The notes below the pieces were generated by a model that had not been told where the DNA came from, made no database searches, and saw only the letters and a program-made list of their open reading frames with translations. Shown piece by piece: positions 1 to 14,068 of a stretch of DNA of 64,000 nt. The translations under genes and the position numbers were made by a program. Numbering within the stretch: position 1 is the first letter of the stretch; each line of letters opens with the position of its first letter. The stretch comes from the human T2T-CHM13v2.0 reference genome, Homo sapiens: NCBI RefSeq assembly GCF_009914755.1, contig NC_060928.1; one strand, 5' to 3'.

Positions 1-424
1 GGCCAAGTGCCTCCAGATGGTTATAACATTAGATAGAGTTCTCATAAGATAATTTCTACTAGTAAGAACCACTCACAATGGGACTCGGCTCTCTTCTGAA
101 ATAGTTTCATGTCGCTCAAGTATCCAAGCACAGACTGATGGATGAATTCAGTATTCAGTATTGGTTTTGAAAAGAAACACGGCATTATAAGGATGATCAA
201 ATAGTACGTTCTGTAATGTGCTGGAATTTTGGGATCGTCTGAAAGAAGGTGACATGTAAAACCACTTAGGAGATTGTAAAAGCCAAACATTCAAGACGTT
301 GTTTGTGAGGATCGTCTTTTTTTTTTTACTGCACATTTCAGCTCATTGTCAAACAAATTTCTACAGAGCCTTGGAATTATATAGTATCAGCATTGGAGAA
401 AACATCAGAGCTCATAAAATCAGC

Positions 425-540
425 CGCACTTTACAGATGTGGAGTAAGAGGTGCTCAAAGATTGAGTTTCCCTGGTCACAAAGCTAATCAGTGATAAAGT
501 TGAGTTCAAGCTGTGGCTCTAAACCTCACTTCAGGACTCA
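425..540 (-). mobile_element. MIR SINE fragment
   Basis: Degenerate MIR core (ttacagatg..gag..ggtcacaaagctaatcagtg); boundaries approximate. Confidence 0.55.
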
Positions 541-884
541 TTTTATTATATATGCTGCCACTGTTATTATTAGTCACAGTAACGGTTTCAAAATCCTAAA
601 GACCCCACATTTGCATTGAAACCAAGATAATTTGGTTTTTCTTTCCGGAGTCCCTCCTCAATGCTCCACGGTCATCAGTCAGCGCCTTTTTGGGAGAAAA
701 TGTTTCCAGCTGCCACTCTTTGTAGAAGTTGCTCCCATTTGCTGTTCTATGTCTACAACGCTGCATATCAAAATTTTACAACACGTGGGCGATGACATTT
801 ACTTACTAACATAATAGCACCTTCACACTAAACAATTTTCAAATCACTATTATATTACCTCTTTGTAACAGGCTTATAAAGTTG

Positions 885-1020
885 ACAGGACAGAATTTTA
901 TTTTAATCTTCATGTTATAGATGGCAAACTGGGGTTCAGAGAAGTTGCATGACTCACCTACATTCACAGAGCCAATCCGTGTGTGAAGTGGGTTTTGACA
1001 CAAGTCTCCTGGCTTCTTTA
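885..1020 (-). mobile_element. MIR SINE fragment
   Basis: tagatggcaaactggggttcagagaagttgcatgactcacc..cacagagcc resembles the MIR core. Confidence 0.6.
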
Positions 1021-1129
1021 TCTGGTGCGGCCTCATTTGCTGTTGCTATTTGGAAATAAGGTGTTACAGAAGCTACTTAATATGCTTGATTCAAAGTCAT
1101 TTGTTTGGCTAAAGAAATAATGTCTTAAT

Positions 1130-3240
<2,111 letters not shown>

Positions 3241-3403
3241 AAAATACTTTTCTGCAGAGAGGAATTGAATTTTCTTCTGCTGGGAGCCAGGGAGCACGTC
3301 TGAGCTAGAGCCACTTCAGCGCCTTTGTGGGGTCCCCCTCCCCTGCCCATGGCCCTGCTGCCTCTGGATTGCTGCTGGCATATGGCCCTCAGAGAAACCA
3401 AGC

Positions 3404-3551
3404 TTTCCTGTGAATAATACCTAGTGAATGATATTTTATGTGAATAATACCTAGTGAATGATACTTTTCTGTGAATAATACCTAGTGATTGATAGATACT
3501 TTTATGTGAATAATACCTACTGAATAATAGTTTATGTGACTAATACTTAGT
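3404..3551. repeat. AT-rich minisatellite, ~31-bp unit x ~4.7
   Basis: Repeated ttt(t/c)(a/c)tgtgaataatacctagtgaatgata. Confidence 0.9.
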
Positions 3552-4857
3552 ACTTAGGGCCCTGATTTTAATTCAAGTTATTACAATAAAAATTTATTTT
3601 CTTTATTTTGTAATTGCCCCTTTTGATATTTCTCTGATTTCCGGTGAGCTCAGAAATGCACAAAAGAAAAAAAAAACATGTTGTATGGAGGACGTAGATG
3701 TTTTTCAGGGAAAGGACTCTTTAGAATATCCAGCCTGAACTTCTGCCAAAAATAAACATCTCCAGACTGGCTCTTAGGTAGGCACTTGGCATTATTCACG
3801 GCTCCCAATTCCTAACAACAACAACAACAAATTTTGCAATGCTGAGTGTGATGAAGGGTAGCTGAGAAGCGTTCCCTTTCATTTAGAGATAATCACAGTC
3901 TTAAAAAAGAAAGATCTTTATTTAAGATAGGCAGTGATTAAGCCACCCCTTGCAATGCCACTGCCCCCCAAGTTTTCTACACATCTACCACTCAGAATGG
4001 CACAATGGAAATATCTCAATGCAACAGCAATACTATGGAATGCTTACCACATGTAGGCACCATATACAGTCACACGATTCCTATTTATGTATATGCTTAC
4101 TTGCGTTCACTGGAAGGATTGCCTTGCTTATCATTATTGAATTCCAGTGAGGCCTGCATGCGGCAGGTGTGCCCAGCTTGGACTGGCCAAGCTGCAGTTT
4201 GTGATCGTGCTCCCACCTTTCCAAGCCGTCTGCTCACCCTTATTGATGTGGACTTGAATATCTGGGCATGACTCTCAAGCATGTTTCCAAGGGCTCCTGT
4301 CACTCACCACTCTTGAATGTGAGAACTGTGCCTCGTGCATCACTATGTCAACCAGCTAGCCTGGTACATGTTTGCTGTACCGAACTCTTCAGAGGGGGCT
4401 GGGAGTAAAGGATACAACTTATCCCCTTTCTGCGTAAGCTTGGCTATTTATGATGTTTCAAATAAAAAATAACATGGTTCTATCTACTAATTTGTAGCTT
4501 GGTTTACATTAACACACACATACATTCACACACACACACTCAGAGTCCATCAAATAAGTGGAAATATCCAAAGTTTATCTGGGGGAGTATCACTCATAGG
4601 AAATACATAGACGCAGCCTAATGAACACGCAGGCTTGTGTTTGCCCTGATTTTATATTTCATGCACGTAGAATCTGGATTCCATTCTATCTGGTTTGTGA
4701 AAAAGTTTTCACCATTTACTCTTTTTCAAATAACAAACATTTCTTGTGAACTTACAAATGTATACTATGCTGTAATGTTCAGCAACACAACTAAAAGAAA
4801 GGGACTAGGTACCAGCCCTACAGGAACTCTGATTCTCCTATACGAATTAGATAAACA

Positions 4858-5163
4858 GGCTGGGCACAGTGACTCACGCCTGTAATCTCAACACTTTGGG
4901 AGGCCGAAGCAGGGGGATCACAAGGTCAGGAGTTCGAGACCAGCCTGACCAACATAGTGAAACCCCGTCTCTACTAAAATACAAAAATTAGCCAGGTGTG
5001 GTGGTGGGCACCTGTAATCCGAGATACTTGGGAGGCTGAGGCAAGACAATTACTTGAACGTGGCGGGTGGAGGTTTCAGTGAGCCAAGACTGCACCACTG
5101 CACTCCAGCCTGGGCAACAGGGCAAGACTCTGTCTCCAAAAACAAAAACAAAAACAAAACAAA
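4858..5163 (+). mobile_element. AluS (Sg/Sc-like)
   Basis: Full dimer; TSD gaattagataaaca at 4844-4857 and 5164-5177. Confidence 0.95.
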
Positions 5164-5604
5164 GAATTAGATAAACAGTTGCAGGAGGGTAAAAAGTGCT
5201 TTGAAATATGTACATACAAAGAATCAGGACAGTAACCAAGAGTGATTACTTCTGCCTCAGTTAGGAAAGAATTAACAGGAGTAATTATAGTTGAGCCAGA
5301 TAGGAGTTTTCCAGGAGGAGCACAACATCAACATGTCATACAGAGGGAACAGCATGATGTAGTGAAATTGCAATGAGAAAAGCATGAGTTTACATTCTGG
5401 ACTCATCACTCTCCAGTTTTTGGTTAACAATCACTTTCCTTTGAGAGAATCATTTCTTCTTTGCAAATTAGGCACAATTACTTATCTCAGACATAGCACA
5501 GGATTGACTGAGATAAATTATGAAGTGCTTAGCACAGCACAGCACTCCTAAAAGTCAGTCAAGTGGTGGTAGTTATACTTTGCAAAGACAAATAAGTCAT
5601 ATGC

Positions 5605-7085
5605 AGGAGGCTGAGGCAGGAGGACCAGCCTGGGCAACATAGCAAGACCCTGTCTCTACAAAAAATAAAAAAAGTAGCCTGGCATTGAGAGGTGACAGCG
5701 TGCTGGCAGTCCTCACAGCCCTGGCTCACTCCTGGCGCCTCCTCTGCCTGGGCTCCCACTTTGGCGGCACTTGAGGAGCCCTTCAGCCCACCGCTGCACT
5801 GTGGGAGCCCCTTTCTGGGCTGGCCAAGGCCGGAGCCTGCTCCCTCAGCTTGCAGGGAGGTGTGGAGGGAGAGGCGCGAGCGGGAACCGGGGCTGCGTGC
5901 GGCGCTTGCGGGCCAGCTGGAGTTCCGGGTGGGCGTGGGCTTGGCGGCCCCACACTCGGAGCAGCCGGCCGGCCCTGCCGGCCCCGGGCAATGAGGGGCT
6001 TAGCATCCAGGCCAGTGGCTGCGGAGGGTGTACTGGGTCCCCCAGCAGTGCCGGCCCACCGGCGCTGCGCTTGATTTCTCACCGGGCCTTAGCTGCCTTC
6101 CCGCCGGGCAGGGCTCGGGACCTGCAGCCCGCCATGCCTGAGCCTCCCACCCGCTTCACGGGCTCCTGTGCGGCCCGAGCCTCTCCGATGAGCGCCGCCC
6201 CCTGCTCCACGGCGCCCAGTCCCATCGACCACCCAAGGGCTGAGGAGTGCGGGCGCACGGCGCGGGACTGGGTGAAGCCAGCTGGGCTCCTGAGTCTGGT
6301 GGGGACGTGGAGAACGTTTATGTCTAGCTCAGGGATTGTAAATACACCAATCGGCACCCTGTGTCTAGCTCAGGGTTTGTGAATGCACCAATCAACACTC
6401 TGTATCTAGCTACTCTGGTGGGGCCTTGGAGAACCTGTGTGTCCACACTCTGTATCTAACTAATCTGGTGGGGACGTGGAGAACCTTTGTATCTAGCGCA
6501 GGGATTGTAAACGCACCAATCAGCGCCGTCAAAACAGACCATTCAGCTCTACCAATCAGCAGGATGTGGGTGGGGCCGGATAAGAGAATAAAAGCAGGCT
6601 GCGGAGCCAGCAGTGGCAACCCGCTGGGGTCCCCTTCCACAGTGTGGAAGCTTTGTTCTTTCATTCTTTGCAATAAATCTTGCTGCTGCTCACTCTTTGG
6701 GTCCACGCTGCTTTTATGAGCTGTAACACTCACCGCGAAGGTCTGCAGCTTCTCTCCTGAGCCAGTGAGACCACGAACCCACCAGAAGGAAGAAACTCCG
6801 AACACATCCGAATATCAGAAGGAACAGACTCCAGACGCGCCACCTTAAGAGCTTTAACACTCACCGCGAGGGTCCGCGGCTTCATTCTTGAAGTCAGTGA
6901 GACCAAGAACCCACCAATTCCGGACACAGCATGGTGGCTCACGCCTGTAATCCCAGCACTTCAAGAGGCTGAGGAAACACTGCCTGAGCCCAGGAGATCG
7001 AGGCTGCCATAAGCTGCGATCGCATCACAGCTCTCCAGCCGGGGTGAGGGAACAAGAACCTGTCTCTTAAAAAATAAAACATAAA
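5605..7085 (+). mobile_element. AluJ-like element split by LTR12 (5605-5685 + 6929-7085)
   Basis: Left part ends ..aaagtagcctggcat; resumes gcatggtggctcacgcctgtaatcc after the LTR. Confidence 0.85.
5686..6928 (+). mobile_element. LTR12-family (LTR12C-like, HERV9) solo LTR
   Basis: Starts tgagaggtgacagcgtgctggcagtcc, ends ccaattccggacaca; TG..CA termini; 4-bp TSD GCAT (5682-5685/6929-6932); CpG-rich U3, repeated CCAATC boxes, aataaa near 6672. Confidence 0.95.
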
Positions 7086-7884
7086 TTAGTCCTGAGCAAG
7101 AAATAAAATGTTGGTTGAAAATTTTTAAAGTATTTTCCAAAGTGTCCAGAGTCTCATTCCCCATTGTCTATTTCCCATCTGTATTTGATCTGACTTTGAA
7201 AAGGTCTTTGAATAAATTGAAGAGCTTGAAGATGGTGAAGAGAAAAATGTTTTGCCCAACTTTACTGTTGTTTAATTAAACTTTTTGTTTTGAGATATTG
7301 GTAAGTTCACATGTAGTTTTAAGAAACAATACAGGGAGATCCCAGGTACTCTGGTAAGTTTTCCCCAATGGTAACACTGGGCAAAGCTACAGTAGAATAG
7401 CACAACCAGGATACTAACATGGATGCAGTGGAGACACAACATTCCCAAGACCACAAGCATCTCTCATGTGGCCCGGTTATAGCCTACCCCACTGTCCACC
7501 TGCCCCCACCCCTCCCGAACCCTGACAACCATTAATCTAGCCTGCTTTTCTATTATTTTGTCATTTCAAGAATGTTATGTAAATGGAATCATCTAGCACG
7601 GGAACCTTTTGGGATTGGCGTCCCCCTCCCTCACTCGTGGTTCCCTGAAGATTCAGCCAGGTTCTTTAATGTATTGGTGGTTCATTCCTTTTGATTGCTG
7701 GATAGTGTTCTGTGATATGGATGTAACACAGTTTAACCATTCACTTGCTGAAGGACAACTGGGTTATTTCCAGTTTTTGTCTCTTATGAATCAAGTTGCT
7801 ATAAACATCCTTGTATAGGTTGCTGTATAAACAGTCTTCATCTCTCTGGGATCAGTGCCCAAAACAGTAATTGCTAGGTCATAT

Positions 7885-7887
<3 letters not shown>

Positions 7888-7918
<31 letters not shown>
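7888..7918. repeat. (GT)n microsatellite
   Basis: Direct reading. Confidence 0.95.
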
Positions 7919-7919
<1 letters not shown>

Positions 7920-9736
7920 TGTGTTTAAGAAACTGCCAAACGTTTCAAACTGTTTTCCGAGTGGCTGTAGCAGCTTACATTCCCACCAGCTCTGCGTGAG
8001 TGGTCCCACCAAATCCTTGCCAGCTTTTGGTGTCCTTTTTTTTTTTTTTTGGTAGCCATTTTAATAGGTATATAGCGATGCGAAGTGATTTTACTTTACA
8101 CTTCTCTAATGACTAACTTATTGAGGATCTTTTCATATACTTATTTGCCATCAGTAAAATGTCTGTTTGTGTCTTTTGCCAATTTTCTAATTGGATTTTT
8201 GGTTTTTACTGTGGGGTTTTCAGAGTTCCTTTTATGTTCTAGATATTATTTCTTTGCCGTACATGTGTTTTGCAAATATTTTCTCCCACTCTCTAATTTG
8301 CTTTTTCCCCGTCTTTTCAGGATCACTGGCAAAGCAAGCAAAAGTTTTAGTTTTGATGAAGTTCAGTTTTCAATGTTTCATGTCATGTCCTGTGTTTTTG
8401 GTATCGTCTAACTCTTTGCTTAGTCCTAGATCTTGAAGATTTCCTTAATTTATTTTTTCTAAAAATTTGCACATCTACATTTTACATTCAAGTCTATGAT
8501 TCATTAATTTTGTATAATATGTGAGAATAGATCAAGGTACATTGTTTTTGCCTACGGATATCCAATTGCTCCAAAAATCAGTTGGGCATATTTATGGGGG
8601 TCTTATTTTTTTAGTTCACTATTCTGTTCTGCTTATTTACACATCTATCCCTTTGCCAATACCACAGCCTTGATTACTGTAGCTATATAAAGTCTTGAAA
8701 TTGGGTAGACTGATTCTTCTCACTTTATTCTTCATTTTAAAAACTGTTTTTGTTATTTCTGTTTTTTGCTTTTTCATAGAAATTTTACAGTGATCTTACC
8801 TGTATGAATAAAAATTGCTCCGGGCTTTTGATAGGAATCTTAACAAACCTGCGCATCAATTTGTGGAGAATAAATATCTTTACTCTGTTGAGTCTTTCAG
8901 TCTGTGAACACAGAATGTCTTTCCATTTATCTGGATCTTGATTTCTTCATCAGCATTCTGTAGTTGTCAGCACATATAAATGTTTTCTAGATTTACACCT
9001 AAGTATTTCATTTTTTTGAGTGGTTGTAAATGGTGCTTTCTATCTTAATTTTTGGTGTCCATGTATTCATTGCCAGTGTATGGAAATACAAATTATTCTT
9101 TATCTTGTTGAATTCACTTATTCACCCAAATATCACATCTTATAGAAAATTAACTCAAAATGAGTCACGAACTTATATGTAAAAGGTAGATGTGTAAATT
9201 TTTAGAAAAAGAAAATTACGGAAATCTTCAGAATTTAGGGCTAAGCCTAAAGAGTTCTTTGACTTGATACCAAAAGCACAGTACATACAAGGAAAATGGA
9301 AAAATCGCAATTCAACAAAACTAAAACTTTTGCTTTGCAAAAGATCCTGAAAAGAGAAAAAAAATTATGGCATGGAAGAAAATATTTGCAAACACATATA
9401 CAAAAACTATGAAGGTTTTTTGGTAATGTTTTTTGTTTTTGCTTTTAAATTACTTGAAATTTTCTTTGTAGAAAGTCACGTCACCTGTGAATAAGGGCAG
9501 GTTTATTGCTTCCTTTTCAATCTGTTTGTCTTCTTTTCTACTTTATGTCTTATTCTCCTGACTGGAACTTCTTGTACTGTGTTGAGGAAGAGTGATGAGA
9601 GTAGGTATGCTTGTTTTGTTTCTCGTCTTGGGGGAAAATTCAGCCTTTCAACATTGACTACAATATTTACTGTAGGTGTTTTGTAGATGTCCTTTAATCA
9701 AGTTAAGGAAGTTCTGTATATGTTCTGAAAATTTTC

Positions 9737-10964
9737 TTTTTTATTTTAGATATTTTTATTTCTCCTAATTTGTTATTTATCAGGAGTGACTGAAATAAAA
9801 AATATAATTGAGTCCTGTCATCATTATCATGGAAATGGCTTTAAGAGAAAACTGATCAGATGAATACTATTGCCTCCCATTTTCAACCACGAAACAGTTG
9901 CCACTGATAAATTGACAGTCAGGAGTCTGTCAAGAATGCTCAAGATATGTTATATAATACAACATGCCTGTTCACAGGGGGAAGCAACCTAGGAAATAAC
10001 TTATGTGTACTTCTGATTTCATCATACAAGACAAGCACAAACGCACCACCCATGCCTCTGAGAACATTGGACCATGCACCCTTGAAAAAAGCTCTGCCTC
10101 CTTCATCAGGAGCAATCTTCCTCCAGCAGTGAAGCCTGCCTGTGTACATGATGTCAGCTGCACCCTGACTGCATCATCATTCCGTGGCGAACAGCGTCAA
10201 ATGGATAGGAAGTCAACCCAGCAACGGCAGTGACGGACTGCGCGATCATACGGCTGATGACATGTGAGTGTTCCTGGAATCTGGAAGCATTCTCCTTGCA
10301 GTGTCATAGACACCGAAGCAGGCAGCTCGGTAGATGATAATACCCTGCACAGACCTGTTAGAGCCTTGGTACAGGCCTTTAATCCCATCAGATTTGTAGA
10401 TCTTAACCAGGCGGTCACCAAGGCCTTGGAATTCCCTTTCAGCTCCAGCTTTACCCACATCAGCTGCTAGATGGGTACGGTCAAAATCAAGAGGGTATAC
10501 AAAACATAAGGATGTGGCCCCAGGGGCACCACCTGATGCCAGACTCCCTGCAAACTTGTGCCAAAACTGGATCCTCTTGTCACACCCCCCGGGAAGATCT
10601 GCTTGTTTTTATCTTTGAAGGCAAAGTTGAGAGCGTGGGTAGGGAAGTATCTGATGACATTGGCCAGGTTACCGTGCCAGAGGGACAGGACTCCTGCTCC
10701 TTGGGAATGCGGACCATGCAGTCTACAACGCCCGTGTATTGCTTATCTGCGGTGATCTGCTTGCTGGCACTCTGCACCTGCAGCAGCAGCTTGACCCCTC
10801 CGTGGGTGCCACCGCCATCTTGGAGATGGCCGCGGTCACTCCACCTGCCAGGAAGTCCTTGGCAAGGACACAGCGGCATCTGTCATGTTGAAAGGAAGAG
10901 GAGGCAGGCGGCTGCGGGATGGGACTGGGCGGGAACCGGCTTTGACTCTGGGGCTGCAGGGCGG
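9737..10964 (-). pseudogene. SLC25A5 (pseudogene): Processed pseudogene of mitochondrial ADP/ATP translocase 2 (ANT2)
   Basis: Intronless. ATG at 10886 (MTDAAVS..), stop at 10001-10003. Frameshifted blocks [66 protein letters not shown] (ANT2-type) and [25 protein letters not shown]. 5' and 3' UTRs with aataaa, short poly-A; TSD aaattttc at 9729-9736 and 10965-10972. Confidence 0.95.
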
Positions 10965-11081
10965 AAATTTTCATTATGAATAAGTATACAAATATTATAA
11001 ACTGTTTATTCTGCCTTGATTTGATGTAATGTTATTTTTCTTTTTTAGTCTATATTAATATGGTGGATAATTACTGATTGA

Positions 11082-11472
<391 letters not shown>

Positions 11473-13377
11473 TGTTCCCTATATTGTTGAATTCTAATTG
11501 CTAATATTTTGTTAAGGATTTTTGCTTGTATACTTATGAGGAATATTCATCTGTAGTTTTCTTTTTTCTCTGTCTTCATCTGGTTTTGGTATCACAGTAA
11601 TACTCATTTCATAAAATAAATGGAAAAGTATTCCTTCTTGTCTTATTTGCTGAAAAAGATTGTGTAGAATTTTTGGTAATTCTCTTTTAATGTTTGATAG
11701 AATTTTCCAGTGCAACCCTCTGTGCCTGGGAATTTCTTTTTTGTAATTTTTTAAAAGTATGAATTCAATTTTCTTAATAGTTGCATTTTGTTTTATATTG
11801 GGTGTTGGGGTCGTGTGGGTTTTTTTTTTGTGGAATTAGTCCATTTTTGTCTACGTTGTCAAATTTATGTAAATAGAGCTATTTGTAATGGCCTTTTATT
11901 ATCTTTTTGATGTCTCAAGAGTCTGTAGTGGTAGTACATGTTTCCTTCTTAATAGTAATATTTTGCCTCCCCTCTCTTTTTGTCTTTGTCTATTTTGCTG
12001 GAGGTTTATCGGTTGTGTTGGTCTTTTCAAATAACCAGTTCTTTGATTAATTTCTCCATTTTTTTATGTTTTCAATTTTACTGATTTTTCTTTTTATTAT
12101 TTGATTCCTTCAGCTTGCTTTACTAATTTGAGACTTTTTCTCTTTACTAATATATTAATATTATTAGGTTGGCGCAAAAATATTTGTGGTTTTTGCCATT
12201 GAAAGTAATGTTAAATTTTTTTTTTCTCAGCATTCCTTTAGCAATGTCCCACAAATTTTGGTCTGTTGTATTTTCATTTAGTTCTATCTATTTTTAAATT
12301 TTGCTATAAGACTTTCTCTTTAACCCACAAATTATTTAGAAGTGTATTGTTTCGTTTCCAAGTGTTTGGACAGCTTCCTTTATCTCTCTGTTTTTTATTT
12401 CTAGTGATTGCATTGTGGTCAGAGAACATCCTCTGCATAATCCAAATTATTTAAAATTTGTTGAGTTTTTTCTTATGGCCAAAGATATGGTCTATCCTTG
12501 TGTATGCTCCATGGTCTCTTGGGAAGAATGTGTATACTGCTGTCATTGGGTGCAGTGTTCTACACATGTAAATTAGACCCTGTTGGTTGGTGATATGGTT
12601 AAATTCTTCTATATTCCCACTGATTTTCTGTCTAGTTGTTCTCCCAACTGTTGAGAGAAGGGAATTGAAGTCTCCAGCTAGAATTGTGGATACTTCTATT
12701 TCTTCTTTCAGTTCTGTCAGTTTTTGCATCACACATTTTACAGCTTTATTGTTTGGTGCATTCAAAGTTAGTATTGCTGTATCTTCTTGCTGAAAGACAT
12801 TTATAATTTATCATTATAAAATGTCCTTCTTTGTCTCTGGTAATTTTCTTTGCTCTGAGGTTTGTTTCATCTAATATTAGTATAGCCAATCCTTTTTTCC
12901 CTTTGATTAATGTTTGTTTGATATATCTTTCTCCATCCTTTTACTTTCAACCTGCTTGTACCATATTTGAAATGAGTTTCTTGAAGAACACATGTATTTG
13001 GGCCATGTTTCTTAATATATGCTACCAATCTCTATATTTTAATTGTTGTATTTAGATCATTTATATTTAATGTCATGATTGATATGTTAGGGTTTAAAAC
13101 TGCCAGTTTATATTTTGTTTTCCCCTTGTTCTGTTTTTATGTTTTGTTTTGTTTCGCACTCTGCTTTTTCATGATTTTTTGTGAGTGTTTGAACATTTTT
13201 TAGAATTCCATTTTGATTTATCTATTTTTTTTAGTGTTTCTCTTTGTATAGCCTATTTAGTGGTTGTTTTAGGTATTACAATATATACATAACATTAGAA
13301 TCTACTGATGTGATTATTTCATCAGTTTGAGCGAAGTATAAAAACCTTATCTTCCTTTATGTCCCTGTATTCCCCCA

Positions 13378-13694
13378 ATTTTTTATTTTTGTTTATTATT
13401 TATACTTATTTTTTGGGATGCAGTCTCACTCTGTCACCCAGGCTAGTGTGTAGTGGTGCAGTCTCGGCTCACTGCAACCTCTACCTCCTGGGTTTAAGCA
13501 ATTCTCCTGCCTCAGCCTCCTGAGTAGCCGGGACTACAGGCGCACACCACTATGCCCGGCTAATTTTTGTATTTTTAGTAGAGATGGGGTTTTACCATAT
13601 TAGTTAGGCTGGTCTTAAACTCTTGACCTCATGATCCACCCACCTTGGCCTCCCAAAGTGCTGGGATTACTGGTGTGAGCCACCGTGCCCGGCC
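13378..13694 (-). mobile_element. AluS
   Basis: Full antisense dimer. Confidence 0.95.
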
Positions 13695-13767
13695 TCCCCT
13701 GGTTTTTTAATACAGTTTTAAACATTTTCTCTATGTATATTTAGAGCCATATCAAAGTAGTTCTATA

Positions 13768-14068
13768 TTTTTTTGTTGTTATTGAGATGGAGTCTCACTC
13801 TGTCTCCCAGGCTGGAGTGCAGTGGCACAATCTTGGCTCACTGCAACCTCCCCCTACTGGGTTCAAGTGATTGTCCTACTTCAGCCTCCTGAGTAGCTAG
13901 GGTTAAAGGCATGTGCCACCATACCAAACTAATTTTTGTATTTTTAGTAGAGACAGAGTTATGCCATGTTGGCCAGGCTGGTCGTTTCAAACTCCTGACC
14001 TCAGGTGACCTGCCCACCTTGGCCTCCCAAAGTGCTGGGATTACAGGCGTGAGTCACCATGCCCAGCC
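13768..14068 (-). mobile_element. AluS
   Basis: Full antisense dimer; agttctata duplicated on both flanks. Confidence 0.95.

Noticed and set aside
3404-3551. Shared gtgaataa between this minisatellite and the 52-bp VNTR
   Set aside because: Only 8 bp in common and the rest is unrelated; chance
5692-6942. GC-rich ORFs and CpG island suggesting a gene 5' end
   Set aside because: Entirely inside the LTR12 solo LTR bounded by a TSD
9940-10979. Functional ANT carrier gene or retrogene
   Set aside because: Frameshift within the first ten codons, further frameshifts downstream and a mutated RRRMMM motif
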